NCBI GenBank assembly: GCA_050575255.1
Contig: JBNZDD010013726.1
Location: 2,735,763-2,799,762 of the forward strand
Source: Harriotta raleighana
Taxonomy: Eukaryota
Reading direction: 5' to 3'
DNA length: 64,000 nt
Position numbers and translations under genes: made by a program. The notes beneath the pieces are model-generated. The model ran no database searches and was not told the DNA's origin. It saw nothing but the letters and a program-made list of their open reading frames with translations. This document shows positions 14,871 to 28,722 of this stretch, one piece after another (positions within the stretch are counted from its first letter, which is position 1; the number at the start of each line of letters is the position of its first letter).

Positions 14871-15460
14871 TTCACTTTGGGAGGACATCCCAAGCCACTG
14901 AAAAGTCAAGGATCATGACCTGAGAATGGGTAGTGGGGGGCGGAGGGAGGTTATGATGGTTTGAGGGATGGCAGAGAGGCAGCGGGCCGGCTGAAGGCAG
15001 TCAAAAAAGGGAGTCTTGCATTGAACGAGGCAAGATTGGGAGTAAGGTGAAGGGACTGTGGGTTGGAGTTCCAAAGCATGGCGGCAGAGAGGCTGAAAGC
15101 CCAGCCACAGATGGTAGGGTGGGTTAGGAGGGAGAAATGGAGCAGGCCAGAGCCTGCTGAATGGAGGGAGCAGATAGGTTGATAGGGGGTCAGCACATCA
15201 GAGAGGCAGGAGGGGGCAAGGCGAGGACGAGGATCTTGAATTCGTTGGGGAGGCCGACAAGGAGGGAGTTTCCGTAATCGAGCCTTGAGGTGACAAATGC
15301 ATGTGTGAAGGTTTAGGTGGCCTGAAGGATGAGACAATGGCGGAGTCAGGCAATGTTGCGGAGATGATGGAAGGCAGTGCTGGTCATGGCATGGATATGA
15401 GGGAGAAAGAACAGTTGAGGGTCGAACCATGACGGCCAAGTTCCTTGGCTTGGTCAGGCG
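14870..15460 (-). mobile_element. L2 LINE 3' fragment (degenerate ORF2 C-terminus)
   Basis: Translates to L2-like LAPSCLSDVLTPYQP..LHS..SGLL...AFSLSAAMLWNS..P..L; frameshifted. Confidence 0.78.
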
Positions 15461-16127
15461 GTCAATTCTCTTTGCAATGTATTCTGTGAGCATCCTCTTG
15501 ATGTGAAAGGCGCCATATCAAATGCAAGCATTATACTTATTTATAAACTGTCAGCACTTAGTTATTGCTGTACTATGATAAATGGTTTATCACGTTGCAA
15601 TGTAATTATGTAACTCTACCAGTTTGTTTTTCCCACGGGAATGTTCTATTGCAATAAATATCCAGTCACATCCACTTTTCCTTCTTGGGTCTTCCCACAC
15701 TGTCACCACTCCCTGACCAAGACTTTCTCCAGGGAGATGTCACTGCTGTTTTTGAATCGGGGAGTAAATTAATGCATTGAAGATCCCACCTGGGCTTTAC
15801 TTACCATCTACTCAAGAGTCTCATTGTGAAAACAAATCCAAGGTTATTTAAATGCAGCACTAGAACACACTGTGTCTGCTAATCCACCAGAGACCAGGCT
15901 GCACTGTCTGATCAATGTGCTCTCACTGACATTTTAATGTTAACAATACTTGACTTTCCAGCAAGTGAAGGAGCTTCGAGATGTTGTGTAAGATTCTTGG
16001 CATTGACATAAAAACTAGAGCATGTCCTGCAATTGTGACAAGACCTAAGAAATCGATTAATTCTGTAGAAGAAGATTCAGCATTTATACAATACAGCATA
16101 TAATCAAAACAAATGCTTCATACTTAC

Positions 16128-16171
16128 ATTGTCCACTGTAACTTTTCATTCTTAATGGAGCTGTACAAAAC
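16128..16171 (-). CDS. PSD: PSD coding exon 10 (VLYSSIKNEKLQWTI)
   Basis: tgtgtag acceptor, AT|gtaagt donor, 44 nt, phase 0->2. Confidence 0.95.
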
Positions 16172-16745
16172 CTACACAGAAACAGACAGAGAGAAATGAT
16201 CATTTAACAAGTGGATAATAAAAAAAAGGATTTTGTACATAATATTGTTTGGTTATTATTATCTTCTACCAAATAGGGAGCATCACATTTTTGCACGTGT
16301 ATTCAGGGAATGCTGGATTTAGACAGGGGATGGCTTCAGCTTTTAGATATCAGAAATGACAGGAATATGAAGGCTTCCTGATGGCATGATGCGTTCTGCC
16401 CAATGATGCAACACTGGCACAGACTGACAGAGCAGATCTCTGTACCCACACGCCACAATTCATTGATCAGATTGAGTTGTCCAACTGTTACACAAAGGCA
16501 CATAGAGACCAACAATGTGGTGAACCTGATTATTAGGGAATACAATGTGTTGTTTGATTTTTTATCTTGAACATGGGTTTTCAAATACTTTTTTGGGGAG
16601 GAAAATAAAACTTTGTCTCAGATTATGAACGGCAATACCTCAGTGTGAGTCAGCAGTTCAGTAGAGGTAGAGGGAGAATGACAACTTCTACAAGGTGCAT
16701 ACGGTAATAAAACAAAAATCACTGGGTAGATTGTCAGAACTGGCA

Positions 16746-16870
16746 AGTTAAGGGTCGTGGACCTGAAACATTGACTCACTTTTCTTCCTCCATAGATGCT
16801 GCCTGACCTGCTGAGTGTTCCCAGCGATTTCTGTTTTTGTTTCAGATTTCCAGTATCTGCAGTATTTTGC
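16746..16870 (+). mobile_element. Penelope-like element remnant, copy 2
   Basis: agggtcgtggacctgaaacattgactc...catagatgctgcctgacctgctgagtgttcccagcgatttctgtttttgtttcagatttccag. Confidence 0.65.
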
Positions 16871-17069
16871 ATGTTTTCACATGACAATAAACCTACTGAA
16901 CTTCACAGGATATCTCTATTTTTAATTACACTCTCATAACACAATCCTGGGGATAACCTTCTTTTATATATTTTAACATATAAATAGAATGTAGATCCAA
17001 ACATATAACACACAAAAAAGTCCTTAACTCCTTGTAACCTTCAGATGCTCAGCTACAATCACCAGTACT

Positions 17070-17325
17070 GACCCTGGGCAAGTTTCCTTACTCCACACGC
17101 CTAATAATAATCCCTCCAAAAAACTCCACGATAATAATAAATTGGTCATTTCAATCTAGGATGTTTGTGGGACACTGCTGTGTGCAATTGGCTGTCGTGT
17201 TTCGCCCACAAATATACAGTCAATTCACTTTACATTATATTCCGGTGAAGTGCTTTGAGACATCGATAAGATGTGAAAAGTGCTATATCAAAATGCAAGG
17301 ATTATTCTCATTATTATTCTTATTA
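17070..17325 (+). mobile_element. tRNA-SINE body and tail
   Basis: ggcaagtttccttactccacacgc...gtgaaaagtgctatatcaaaatgcaaggattatt. Other fragments at about 4540, 7180, 9490, 17872, 19100, 23355, 30530, 34975, 37695 and 55372. Confidence 0.8.
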
Positions 17326-18013
17326 TATGATCCATGTTAAATAACCCACATTACTCTAACCTAACTCTGCAGCTCCTGAAGAAACACTACAGCATGCTGT
17401 ACTGAGGAAGATGTTTTTCTTCCGATAAAATCTCGGATATAAACATCATAGTGCTGAGGGTGAACCTGTCACCAGCACTGATCACCAGAGTTCAGACAAC
17501 ATCCAAACTGCTGAGCTTTGTTCTAGTACTTCACACAAGATCAACTGAACCTATTGATTAAATGCCAGTGATGAAATTACAACATTGTAACTGACAGGCA
17601 GCATCCTGCCTGCATTCAACATGTCCTTTATTGCTGTGATGATATTTCTCTAGCAGTTATTACAATCGAAGAAAGGAAACAAAATATAATTCAAACTTCA
17701 TACTGCAATGCACCAAATTCAAAATCACAACATGATAAGAGTTTACACTTTCAAATTCTAGTCACTGTAACAAAAAGAAATAAGGGACTGTTTCGATTGC
17801 CAAATATAGATTTAGAATCAAAAATAACTGGGCAGGTTATAAATGAAGAAAATTAAGAAAAGGAAGAGCTGTACGTGGGGTTGCATATTTTCCCCACAAA
17901 ATATACAGTCAACTCACTTTACAGTATATTCTGTGAAGTGCTTTGAGACGTCTCGAAGACGTGATAAGGCGCTCCATCAAATGCAAGAATCATTATCCTG
18001 CTCGGGATCTTAC

Positions 18014-18169
18014 CTTCCGTTTATTCTGGAGTTTTACAACTGGCCTCAGAGATCTTGGTCGTTGTGGCAGGCCGTATCGAACTGAATCCACACTATATCG
18101 GACACTCGACACTGAACGCAAGTGTGAACGCAAATGCCCTGTGGTTTGTACACTATTCACTCCAATCAT
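18014..18169 (-). CDS. PSD: Alternative first coding exon of a short Sec7-less PSD isoform (EFA6As-like; MIGVNSVQTTGHLRSHLRSVSSVRYSVDSVRYGLPQRPRSLRPVVKLQNKRK)
   Basis: ATG at 18169, 52 open codons, strong donor AAG|gtaaga in phase 0 matching exon 10. Resembles, from memory, the mouse EFA6As N-terminus (MIGVNS...SVRY...PQRxRSL). Confidence 0.78.
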
Positions 18170-19484
18170 CTTTTTTTTGAAAAACAAAACAATTTCTGCC
18201 TCTTAAAATTTAAAATCTAGCTCCTGAGCTAACAGGATAAAAAATGCCAGATACTCTTGCACTGGTACTAAGGAATGGATCGGTTTGCACCTCGGTAATG
18301 CTTTACACCCCCACTCCCACCTTACAAACCAGTACGAGTGCTCCAGCTCCAGTCACCCTCTGAGGGGCACTGCCTCGAACATTTTTATTCTTTGTGACAA
18401 CCAATAGCAACCTGCTGCAGTGATGTCGACAGAAATGCAATTAACATGCTCTCCTAGTTCAGCAAATCATCGGAGCAGCTTGTTGCTTCTGAACAGCGAA
18501 GAGTAGTGAGTGCTGCATTGTGATGCGCTGAACCTGTGCCAGGTCTTATTCAGTGATACTTGTGGCCGCGTTCTTAAAAGTTGCAGTGTCACATTAAATG
18601 AATGTCCATTGTGTTTCAGTGCTTCACACACTGCCAGGACCTCAAAGGCACTATGTGCAATAAGAGAAACATTGGGGTATATCCACTGAACCTCAATAAT
18701 AACAACACAACAAAATGACATTGTTAGAGTTGCATATAGTTTTGTATAGTTTCTAGTAAGCCGCATATAATTTTGTTATTCACGCGGGGTAGCGCTTCAG
18801 GATGCTACCCTATGTCAAGTGCACTGTATAAATGCAAGTTGTTGTTGTACAACACACAGAAACAAATGCCATGCTCCCACCAAAACCACTATACCAAAGC
18901 CAGCCTTGACTTCAATGACAGAACTGAAATAGAAATAAGGCAATGCTGTTGCCTTAGCACTGCAGTCTTGAGGTGGGTCTACTGTCTGTCTCAGAAGGTC
19001 ACAGTGTTTGGAAAACACTGGACCTTCCACAAAATACTTAATAATTATAATTAATAATGTTTATTAAAATATGCAGTAACAACCCTTTTTTTTTAGAAAA
19101 TTCTGTGAAGCTCTTTGAGATGCCTCAGCAACATGATAAGGTGCTATACAAAGTGCAAAGATTATTATTACAAAAAGCATCACATGAATATTTTCAATCC
19201 CAAGGTCTGTAAAATCAGCTCATGCACTCAGACTTGCAGACGTTTAGTGGGTTTGCAGCTTTATGTTTTGTTTTTGAGAATGTTGTTGACCAAAGGCAGA
19301 CCTGACATCCAAAACTAAAATTTTCATGTCAACATTCAACAGACGTCAATATTGAAAGTGATCTGAGGGAGCTCGTGGGGAGAGGGTTGCGTCCAATGGA
19401 AACATTGTTTTGCGCAGTGCAGTTCTCCATAGCATGTGGCTTAATTATGGCATGACAAACTATAACCAGCTCTAGAGCAAGATA

Positions 19485-20431
19485 CAGTAAAACCTTGTTT
19501 ATCCATGACTCGAATAATCGGAAAACCTGTTCAACTGCCATCTCAAAAAAAAGTCCTGATCCAACTAACCGGAAGTTATCCGGCGACGCGTTGAATGTCG
19601 GGTCTAAACTCGTTCCGTATTCTTTTAAAAGTCGCGGTTTTTATTTTACCTTGTTCGGATGGATGAATGCCTGTCGTTGGGAAGTTAAGTATTGTATACA
19701 TAATAAATACTGCTGCCGGTAGTGGCCAGAGAGAGAGGGAGGGAGGGGGGAGGAAAGGGAGGGGAGGAAATGGAGGGAGAGGGAGGTCGCTGGGGGGGGG
19801 AATGAAGAGAAAGAGAGAGGGGGGGAATGAGATATGGGGAAAGGGAGAGAGAGAGATAGGGGAAAGCATAATGGAGTGAGAGAGAGAGAGAGGGGAAAGC
19901 ATAATAGAGTGAGAGAGAGAAATGGCAGCAGGTTGCTGCAGAGAGAGAGAGAGAGAAAGAGAGGGAGGGAGAAAGAAGAAAGGGACAGGTGGTGGGGGAC
20001 GACGACAGAATTTATATGATGGATTCAGATTGAATATCTTTGAGGGTCTGTGTCTGTCTGTGTGTGTGTCTGTGTGTGTGCTGGCCATTAGGTCTAAACG
20101 TGTTGCTTTTAGAAGTCACGTTTTTTACCTCCCGTCGAATCAGTGCTGCAATTGCGAAGTTAAGTATAAATAATAATGTTCTAATAGAATATTCTGTTAT
20201 TATTTAGTCCATTATTAATATGGTATGTGTTAAAATAATTTTTAATTTTTTTGAAAAAATTATATTTAATAAAAAACATTATATAAATCCGTTCAAATGG
20301 AAAAAATGTTTAACCGTCACTGGCCAGGTCCCATGGGTGNAAAAAACATTATATAAATACGTTCAAATGGAAAAAATGTTTAACCGTCACTGGCCAGGTC
20401 CCATGGGTGCCAGATAAACAAAGTTTTACTG
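19485..20431. mobile_element. Non-autonomous Tigger-like transposon, family A, opposite orientation to 4-691
   Basis: TA|cagtaaaaccttgtttatc ... gataaacaaagttttactg|TA; both subterminal regions match 4-691 in reverse; GA-rich interior. Confidence 0.85.
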
Positions 20432-22731
20432 TACTAGCTCTGGAAAAATCATTCATCATTTCATGACATCTCAGAGAGTGAGCAAATATATATACTGTAG
20501 TGACTCTGGAATACATAACAGCATAAACATTTTCCCTATTTATGGTTGCCCTGAATGAAACTCAAATGAGTCATAAAAATACGTCTCCTGTTCCTACTAA
20601 CACTGAAAGTTTTCAAACTCATCTATTGATTTTTGCTTGCTTTATATCATCAGCCCACAGAGTGTGCTCTTATTTGAAGCAAAATACTACATTTGCAAAA
20701 CAAGAAAGGATGAGTCCCGTCAGGGATTAGATTCTCGTCTATTAGTGTATGAATCATCACTGTACACCATGCAGGAGTCCACCTCTGGGCAGAGCTATGG
20801 AAGATTAGGGGAGTGACATGCTAATATTAGCTTTCTTCATTGAACAATGTCACAAAAACAAGCTCGCAGCCTTAAGGAATAGCCCACAGCAGACGATGTT
20901 CTCCCTTTAATTACCGCCACTGTTCCCAAGCTGTAAAGAGTCATTTGTGCTCCCGTTACGTCCGTGTCTACATTGGGCTACAATTTGTTACCAAACGTTG
21001 AATGGGTCAAACACGAGGTGTCCCCCATGAACAGTGGGCCCCAAATCAATTATTATAAACTCTTCCCTCCAACATTACTTTGGTTCACTTTACCTGATGC
21101 CATTCCACAACTAGATTTCTTCCCCTTCTCACAATAAGATGGTACAATGAATAACATTTGGAAGCACTTGGATCCTCCCCCTATTGCAACTGCACAATAA
21201 TTTGCTGAGGGTCAATGAATGATGCAAGACAAAATATTAAATAATTATTTCCATCTTAACTGGTCTTTGTATCCAAAGTCAATTCTTGGGACTGAATAGT
21301 TTAGATATCATTATAAGAAATGGTACAATCCTTAAGGAATGGAAGTTCCAGCACGCATACAATTTATTAAACAGAATCAAGGACAGATTCAGATTGATTA
21401 CTTGTGGTAGTATTAGGCCTAAGCTTGTCTATCTAAACAGGCAGCCTGTATTCAGAAATAGAATTAGAGTTTGGGAAATCATCTTGTACATCATCCCACT
21501 AGTTATATTTGAACTGAAGTCAAACTTCACAGTTAAAAACTCACTGGAATGGGGAATATTGTCTGATTTATTAGAAACTAATCCATCAAGATTTGTGCTT
21601 CTCTCCTGACAACTGATTTGCACAGCTCCTTTCCAAGGTGATATATGGAATTTTTCTATTGCTATAAAATATATTAATACATTTTGATGTTAAAACTCTG
21701 ACATCTCCCAATTCCATAATGTAGAAGTCACCCACATACACTCACACAAACATAGGATTCATGATACTGTTCTTCATAACGCTAACAGTCCTCTAGAAGT
21801 CCTCTGGGAACCTAGCACATCTTGTGAACAGCAATCTTGTTTAGAGGACATATAATACATCTGGGAGCACAAATGGGATTTGTTCATTTATTTTTGGCTG
21901 CCGTTTGTTTGCTAAAAGGCAATTAAGCAGACAGCAATTCTTTTGTTTTATCATTATTAGCTCAGCTATGATGCAGTCCAAATTCTCTATTTCACAAACT
22001 TGTGAGCTGCGTATAATGTGGTTGGCAACAACATGATTCACCTCCTCCATCCTCCCCTATCCTGAAGGATATACAGCGTGTTTCAATTTAACAATGCTTT
22101 GCCACAAAACAACTTCTTTAATGCAACCCGTGAAATATAGTTAGAAGGAACAAAAGATATTAAAACATTATGCCTACTTATAAAGTACAATGTTGGGGGG
22201 CTATGGTGCCAGGCTGGGCATACCAACTTGTAGCATATCTTGATTGGTGACCCACCAGCTCCGATACTGCATAAAAGTAGCCAACAAAAGCCAGTTATTT
22301 CTTTAAGAGAGATGAAAGGGCAGGTAGGGGCAACACTTTGTTTATTTACCTATAATACGGGCAGATCTCCCTTTTTAAAGAGGAAATAATAACAACAACA
22401 ACTTGCATTTACACAGCTCTCTTTATGCCGGACGAAATCTCGGAGCGCTTAATAGTAAACTTGTCCTACATCTCTGCTGATCTTTCGCTTGCTTCTAGTG
22501 CTAAGAAATCTAATTGCAGCTTTCCATTTCGAACCAACGCATTTAGGAAAGCAGAGTGCAACACCTGGTAAATCAGCAGTCTAATAACATACTCTGAATG
22601 CTGGAGGCGGACATCACAATTGGTAACAACAATACTGCTCAAATCTCTCAACTCAGTTTGCTTCTAGTTTCTGATGTCATTACTGTAGGTCGGTAATTGG
22701 GACTTTTAAAAAGAAACTCAAGGGAGAATTA

Positions 22732-22935
<204 letters not shown>

Positions 22936-24185
22936 TTAGTGATTAAAAGCACACCAACATTTGGAAGTTTTTTGATACTTAAAAATGTAGCTGCAAATTT
23001 TAAGTCATTCCACATATGTGTGGATCAGTGCTGATTTGCTGTGTGCAGCATCATTGCAATCTGCAGTAACACAAACGCTCCTGTGACTATTGTCCCCAAA
23101 ACAGCAATGCACAGACTTTGACTGAATGCTTCTAACTAGAGTACAGTAATGTAGTAATCCTTGCATATGATACAGTGTCTAATATGTTGAACGTTTCAAG
23201 CTTTGAGCAGACAATTACTGTAAAGTTTAGTTTTCGTAGCCAATTGCAAGAGCTATCTAGCCCCAGCATAATGTAAGTAACCAATCTGGATCAAACTCTC
23301 TTCTCTTTCCAAATACAACATTTACCTACAACATACATAGTCATTTACAATTTTGCAGTACAGTATTTCTTTTGAAACACTTTGCGATGTCTCCTCAAAG
23401 TGAAAGGTGATATTTCAAATGTAAGTATGATAATGTTTATTTTAATTAGATAAAGATCATAACCTGAAAGGCAGACTGAACGTCAGTTTAATGTCTCGTC
23501 TGAAGAAAAGCACCTCCAACAATGCAATACTCTCTCTCAGCACTGCAAAAGGCTTTTAACTCAGACAATGAGCTCTACTCCTGACCTGAGATGTGAAAGT
23601 GCAGTAATCTGACCCAAAACTGTTCTCAACTTACTCTATATAGCAAAGACCACTGTGTTAACTGTGCAGGATTGTCCCAGGAAACATAGTCTTGCACTCA
23701 TATAAAGCAGTCGATTTCAATTCACTTGCAGCTATCATCTACTTTCCAATTCAGGAAGGGAATTATTTTTATTATATCTACAGAATTAAAGAAAGCACAA
23801 CATTTTCTTCCTTTGCAGAAACTTTATAAATAATTATAACTGTTGTGCTTTTTGTTAGAAGTTCATTTGGGTACAATTTCCCTCCAATTTCCAACCACAA
23901 ACCATTATTTACAGTTCAACCAACCTTTACTATCTTTAAACCCATCTCACAGTACATGCAACATTAAGCAATCCATGTGCACCTGAGCAGGATTAATCTT
24001 CGGAAGTGATAACCTTTTCAAGGAAGGGTCACTGTGTTGCATTAAACATTTTATTTAATAGGTATCCATAGAGTTACTCCCCCCACACTGGGACTGCTTC
24101 TGCCCCAGATCTCCTAAATTTTATTAACTTGATAAACTCATGAACCAGTTGATAAATTAGGACATTTCAGAGGGTGATGATTCTA

Positions 24186-24383
<198 letters not shown>

Positions 24384-24570
24384 TTAGGTTGTGGAAGTAA
24401 ACCCAATGAAGGCCCATTTGGAAAGTAGATATCACTTTAGAAAAGTTGAAATTAAATACTGTAAAAAAAACGTTGACACACTATTTCTATCCATGACTAT
24501 ATAACGCATCATGTTTTTCTTTAGTTTGGACTTTTTGCTACTTTCAATTCTTGAACTGTTTATGTCCTCA

Positions 24571-24843
<273 letters not shown>

Positions 24844-25148
24844 TTAATATCTTACTTTTAACTTAAAATCTGGTCTTAAATTAAGCATCTTGGGACACCT
24901 TTGGCTATTCAGTGCCTTTAGACATCCTCCCGACGTGAAAGGGGCTCTATAAATGTAATTTTGTTGTAGTTGTTGTTGTTATTGATCTTGATCTTGGCTA
25001 CTTGGGAGTATATATTTCTTATATGGTTTAAAAACAGGGGCATATATTGTCAGCATTGAAACAAAAAGGGCAGCAAACAACACAGTAAAGCTGATGCTCA
25101 AGGTTATGACCGTCACATCAGACTGTTACTGCTAACATAGATTATCTT

Positions 25149-25790
25149 TACAACAACAAAATTACATTTGCATAGAGCCTTTCATGTCGGGAGGACACCC
25201 CAAGGTGCTGGACAGTCAGTGTTTTAGACCCAAGCTGGGGTCGGGATTGAGGAAGGTGGAAGGGAAGGACTGATGGGACCGTTGAAGAGGAGGGTCTTGA
25301 GGCGGGACTTGAAGGAGGGTAGGGAGGGGGCGAGGTGGAGGGATTGGGGTTTAGAATTAGAAGTTGGGGGCAGAGTGGCTGAAGGCTCACTCACTGATGG
25401 TGGGGCGAGTGGGTCGGGGGACATGGAGCAGGCCAGAGCCACTGAGCAGAGGGAGTGGACAGATTGGTAGGGGTTTAGGAGGTTGCAGAGTAGGCTGGGG
25501 CAAGGCCATGGAGGGCTTTATAGGTGAGGACCAGGATCTTGAAGTGAATCCTTTGGGTGATGGGGAGTCAATGCAGTCAGACGAGAATGGGGGAGATGAG
25601 GTCACGGAGCTTGGTGCAGTAGAGGACATGGGCTGCAGAGTTCAGGATGATCTGCAGCCTATGGAGTGAGGAGTTGGGAAGGCCGAGAAGCAGGGTGTTG
25701 GCATAATCGAGCCTGGACATGATGAAGGCATGAATTAAAGTTTCAGTGGCCTGAGGGGTGAAGTGATGGTGGAGTCGGGCAATGTTGCAA
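25149..25790 (-). mobile_element. L2 LINE 3' fragment
   Basis: (GTT)n tail; encodes ..SGSGLLHVPRPTRPT.. and ..SLPSFKSRLKTLLF, typical L2 ORF2 end, broken into several ORFs. Confidence 0.82.
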
Positions 25791-26320
25791 TCAGATAAAT
25801 CAAATAGAAGTCATTATGATAACAACAGTAAAGCTATACAAACAATGCACACATCCTTTTGCATCCAATATTGATAAATGAATATTTACCGTAAAAGTCA
25901 CAGCCAAGATATCAAATGTCTCCATTTTTGCCCCATTCTTCATAATTTACTTCAACAATGTGAAAAGGCGCTTTTTCCAATTACAGTACAAGGATTAGTA
26001 TTATTTTTATTATAGTTGCTTTCGGTTATACAATGCAATATAATACAAAATTACATTTGTATAGTCTTTCAGGTCGGGATGATGTCCCAAAGGTGCAGCG
26101 TTCCTTCCACAAGTTGCCAATGATATTCTCCCACAATTTGATTCAAGGAGACATTTCACTTCATATTCTGCTATTTTTAGCTACACTTTTTTTTGTGTTG
26201 AGCATGCTCTCCATTAAGTGCACCAACAGCACTTCACAAACTGTATTTAAAATGCTATTCTACATTGAACCTGTCAGGTCAAAAAGTCGAAATGTGAACT
26301 CAGTGACTTTACTTACTTAC

Positions 26321-26401
26321 CGGAGAGCTTGATCCAAGCTCATTCCCGTGAAGTCGAAAAATCTCAGGTATTCTTCCGCCACCATCTTACTGAAGTCATT
26401 A
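26321..26401 (-). CDS. PSD: PSD coding exon 6 (NDFSKMVAEEYLRFFDFTGMSLDQALR)
   Basis: ttgcag acceptor, CG|gtaagt donor, 81 nt. Confidence 0.96.
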
Positions 26402-26954
26402 CTGCAAGGACAGAAAGCGAGTAATACAAGAGGCAACAAGACACAGTAAGATACAGAGAGAGACAGTAAGAGAGAGAAAAGTATGAGAGACAGAAAATCC
26501 ACGAGAGAGAATAAGGTACAATGAGAAAAAATGAGAAAGAGTAACCGACTAACAGTTAGGCAGAAGGAATGGTACGATTATTGGAAAATTTGAGGGATGA
26601 AACAAATGGAGGAAAGTGAGAAATAAAAAGAAATAGATAGAAAAAGAAACACCCACATGAAGGAGTGAAAGAAAAGTTAAATAAATTAGAGAGGACAACA
26701 TGTGAGAGAAATGATATCTATATAGAGAATAAGATAATATACAGTAGGTGCAGCATCTCATCAAAGAGCAACTATTCAGAGGAAGATACCTANAACATGA
26801 AGGAGTGAAAGAAAAGTTAAATAAATTAGAGAGAGGACAGCATGTGAGAGAAATTATATCTATATAGAGAATAAGATAATATAAAGTAGGTGCAGCATCT
26901 CATCAAAGAGCAACTATTCAGAGGAAGATACCTAAGATGGTTGTTAAAAGAAAC

Positions 26955-27180
26955 AAAATTGTTTGGATCTGGAATGCATTGCCTGAAAGGTTTGTGGAAG
27001 CCGATTCGATACCAACTTTTAAAAGAGAAGTAGATAATTATTTGGGGAGGACAGATTTGCAGGTCTGTGTGGAGAGAGTGGGGGAGTGGGATTGATTTGA
27101 AAAGCTCTTTTCAAAGAACTGGCACAGACACAATGGGCCGAATGGCCTCCTTCTGTGCCGTATAATTTTCTGCTTCTATG
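26955..27180 (+). mobile_element. CR1-clade LINE 3' end
   Basis: tggaatgcattgcctgaaagg...tttaaaagagaagtagat...atgggccgaatggcctccttctgtgccgta...ttctatg, a CR1-type 3' UTR. A weaker copy lies at about 7780-7930. Confidence 0.8.
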
Positions 27181-27878
27181 ATAATGAAGACATTTTTCAA
27201 AAGAATAGAATAGATAATAAAACAAGAATGGAATAATGAAAACAACATCAATCCTAACAAAACACACAATAAAGAAAAGAGAAATGAGAAAGGCAAGAGA
27301 GAAACAAAGAGAAGAAAAGAATTTCACATTTATTTAAAACATGTGTACACCAGCACCCTCTGATGGCTCAGGAGTGTAAGGAATAGCTTTCTGGGCAGTT
27401 CGTTCCTGTTCTTCAATGCTAATAGTAATCCTTGCATTTGGTATAGTACCTTACAACATCATTAAGACATCTCAAAGAGGGACTATTTGAAATGAGAAGG
27501 GAGTTTCTCCCTGTGTCCTGACCAATACTGCCACAGATAAAACAAAACAGAGAGAGCTGGGAAAACTCAGCAGGTCAGACAGGATCTCCCACAGATAAAG
27601 CTGGACATTCGATTCATGGTTTGTTTGGCTGCTGCATTTGCATACACACAGTCATCACACTTCACAGTAAGTCAAGTGATGTACAGTATTTTGAAAATTC
27701 CTCCTTGACATGTAAGGCAATATATCAAATACAAGGATTATTACTAGAGGGGAGCGATTTTTTTTTTTGCAGAGTGCTGAAACAGTTCCCATCTTTCTCA
27801 ACAGACGAAATGGGTGGGTTCCCACAACTCCATTCGGTCTTGATACAGAATGCGGAGCTTCCTGCAGCACTCACTCAC

Positions 27879-28073
27879 TTCTTTCCTAGGTGACGGGCCA
27901 CATCTGATTTCTTAAATCCATCTAAATTATAGAGTCGCCTTGCCAAGCGTTTGGCAGCATCCAGATCGCTCTTATTGCCATTGGCCAGAGTGTCAGTGCT
28001 TCCCAGTGCCAGCTGCTCTGTGCTGTCCATCTCAGACTCTGTGTCCGTGGTCAGGTGGTTCAGATTACCATCA
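27879..28073 (-). CDS. PSD: PSD coding exon 5, start of Sec7 region (DGNLNH...AKRLARRLYNLDGFKKSDVARHLGK)
   Basis: ttttcag acceptor, AA|gtgagt donor, 195 nt, phase 2->2. Confidence 0.96.
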
Positions 28074-28722
28074 CTGAAAAAGACACAATTCAGTCAAAAG
28101 AATCAAATTTACTTCATGTAGATTTAAGCTACAGTCCTTTCTCAAACATGAAGTAACACATGGTGCAGTGGGGAACGGGCAGACGTCCGCCCATTAACAG
28201 GGCCTTATTAGTCTTGTCAAATCCATGAGACAATCCTCAATTCTCTACTGTGCTCTATAATTATACCTTCAAAACATTACTTCCCAAGAGGTTAATAAAT
28301 TTTAAAGAAGCCACCCGCCAAAGTGATCAAAGACCCTTCGAATTAAATCGCCGATCTTACAACAACAAACTACATTTGTATAGCGCCTTCCATGTTGGGA
28401 AGACATGCCAAGGCCATGATTGCCATCAATATTACAATTATAATCAATCTGATTATTGAACGACAGACACCACGGGGGATGCTATAACAAGCCCAGTGGA
28501 AGGGGGATCACAAGTGCCGAGGAGGGGAGAGGGAGTACAGAGGGGGGTAGGTCACACCTGGCAATATTTTTAGTTGTCATTGGGTGGAACTTTCAACGTT
28601 GAGATAACTGACTGATTAATACATCACAATGCAATGTCCAATCCAAAGCAATAGCTTTAAAGCAAAAGTTAGCCATTGGTGAATCCCGCCAACCCAACCG
28701 AATTCCAAAAACAATTCATGCG

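Noticed and set aside
14951-15493. 180-aa ORF as a novel gene
   Set aside because: Frameshifted L2 ORF2 remnant.
18458-18480. REST/NRSE site (ttcagcaaatcatcggagcagc)
   Set aside because: Only half-site resemblance with wrong spacing relative to TTCAGCACCnnGGACAG.
19576-20173. Pro/Ser-rich and Arg/Glu-rich ORFs
   Set aside because: Products of a low-complexity GA tract inside a transposon.
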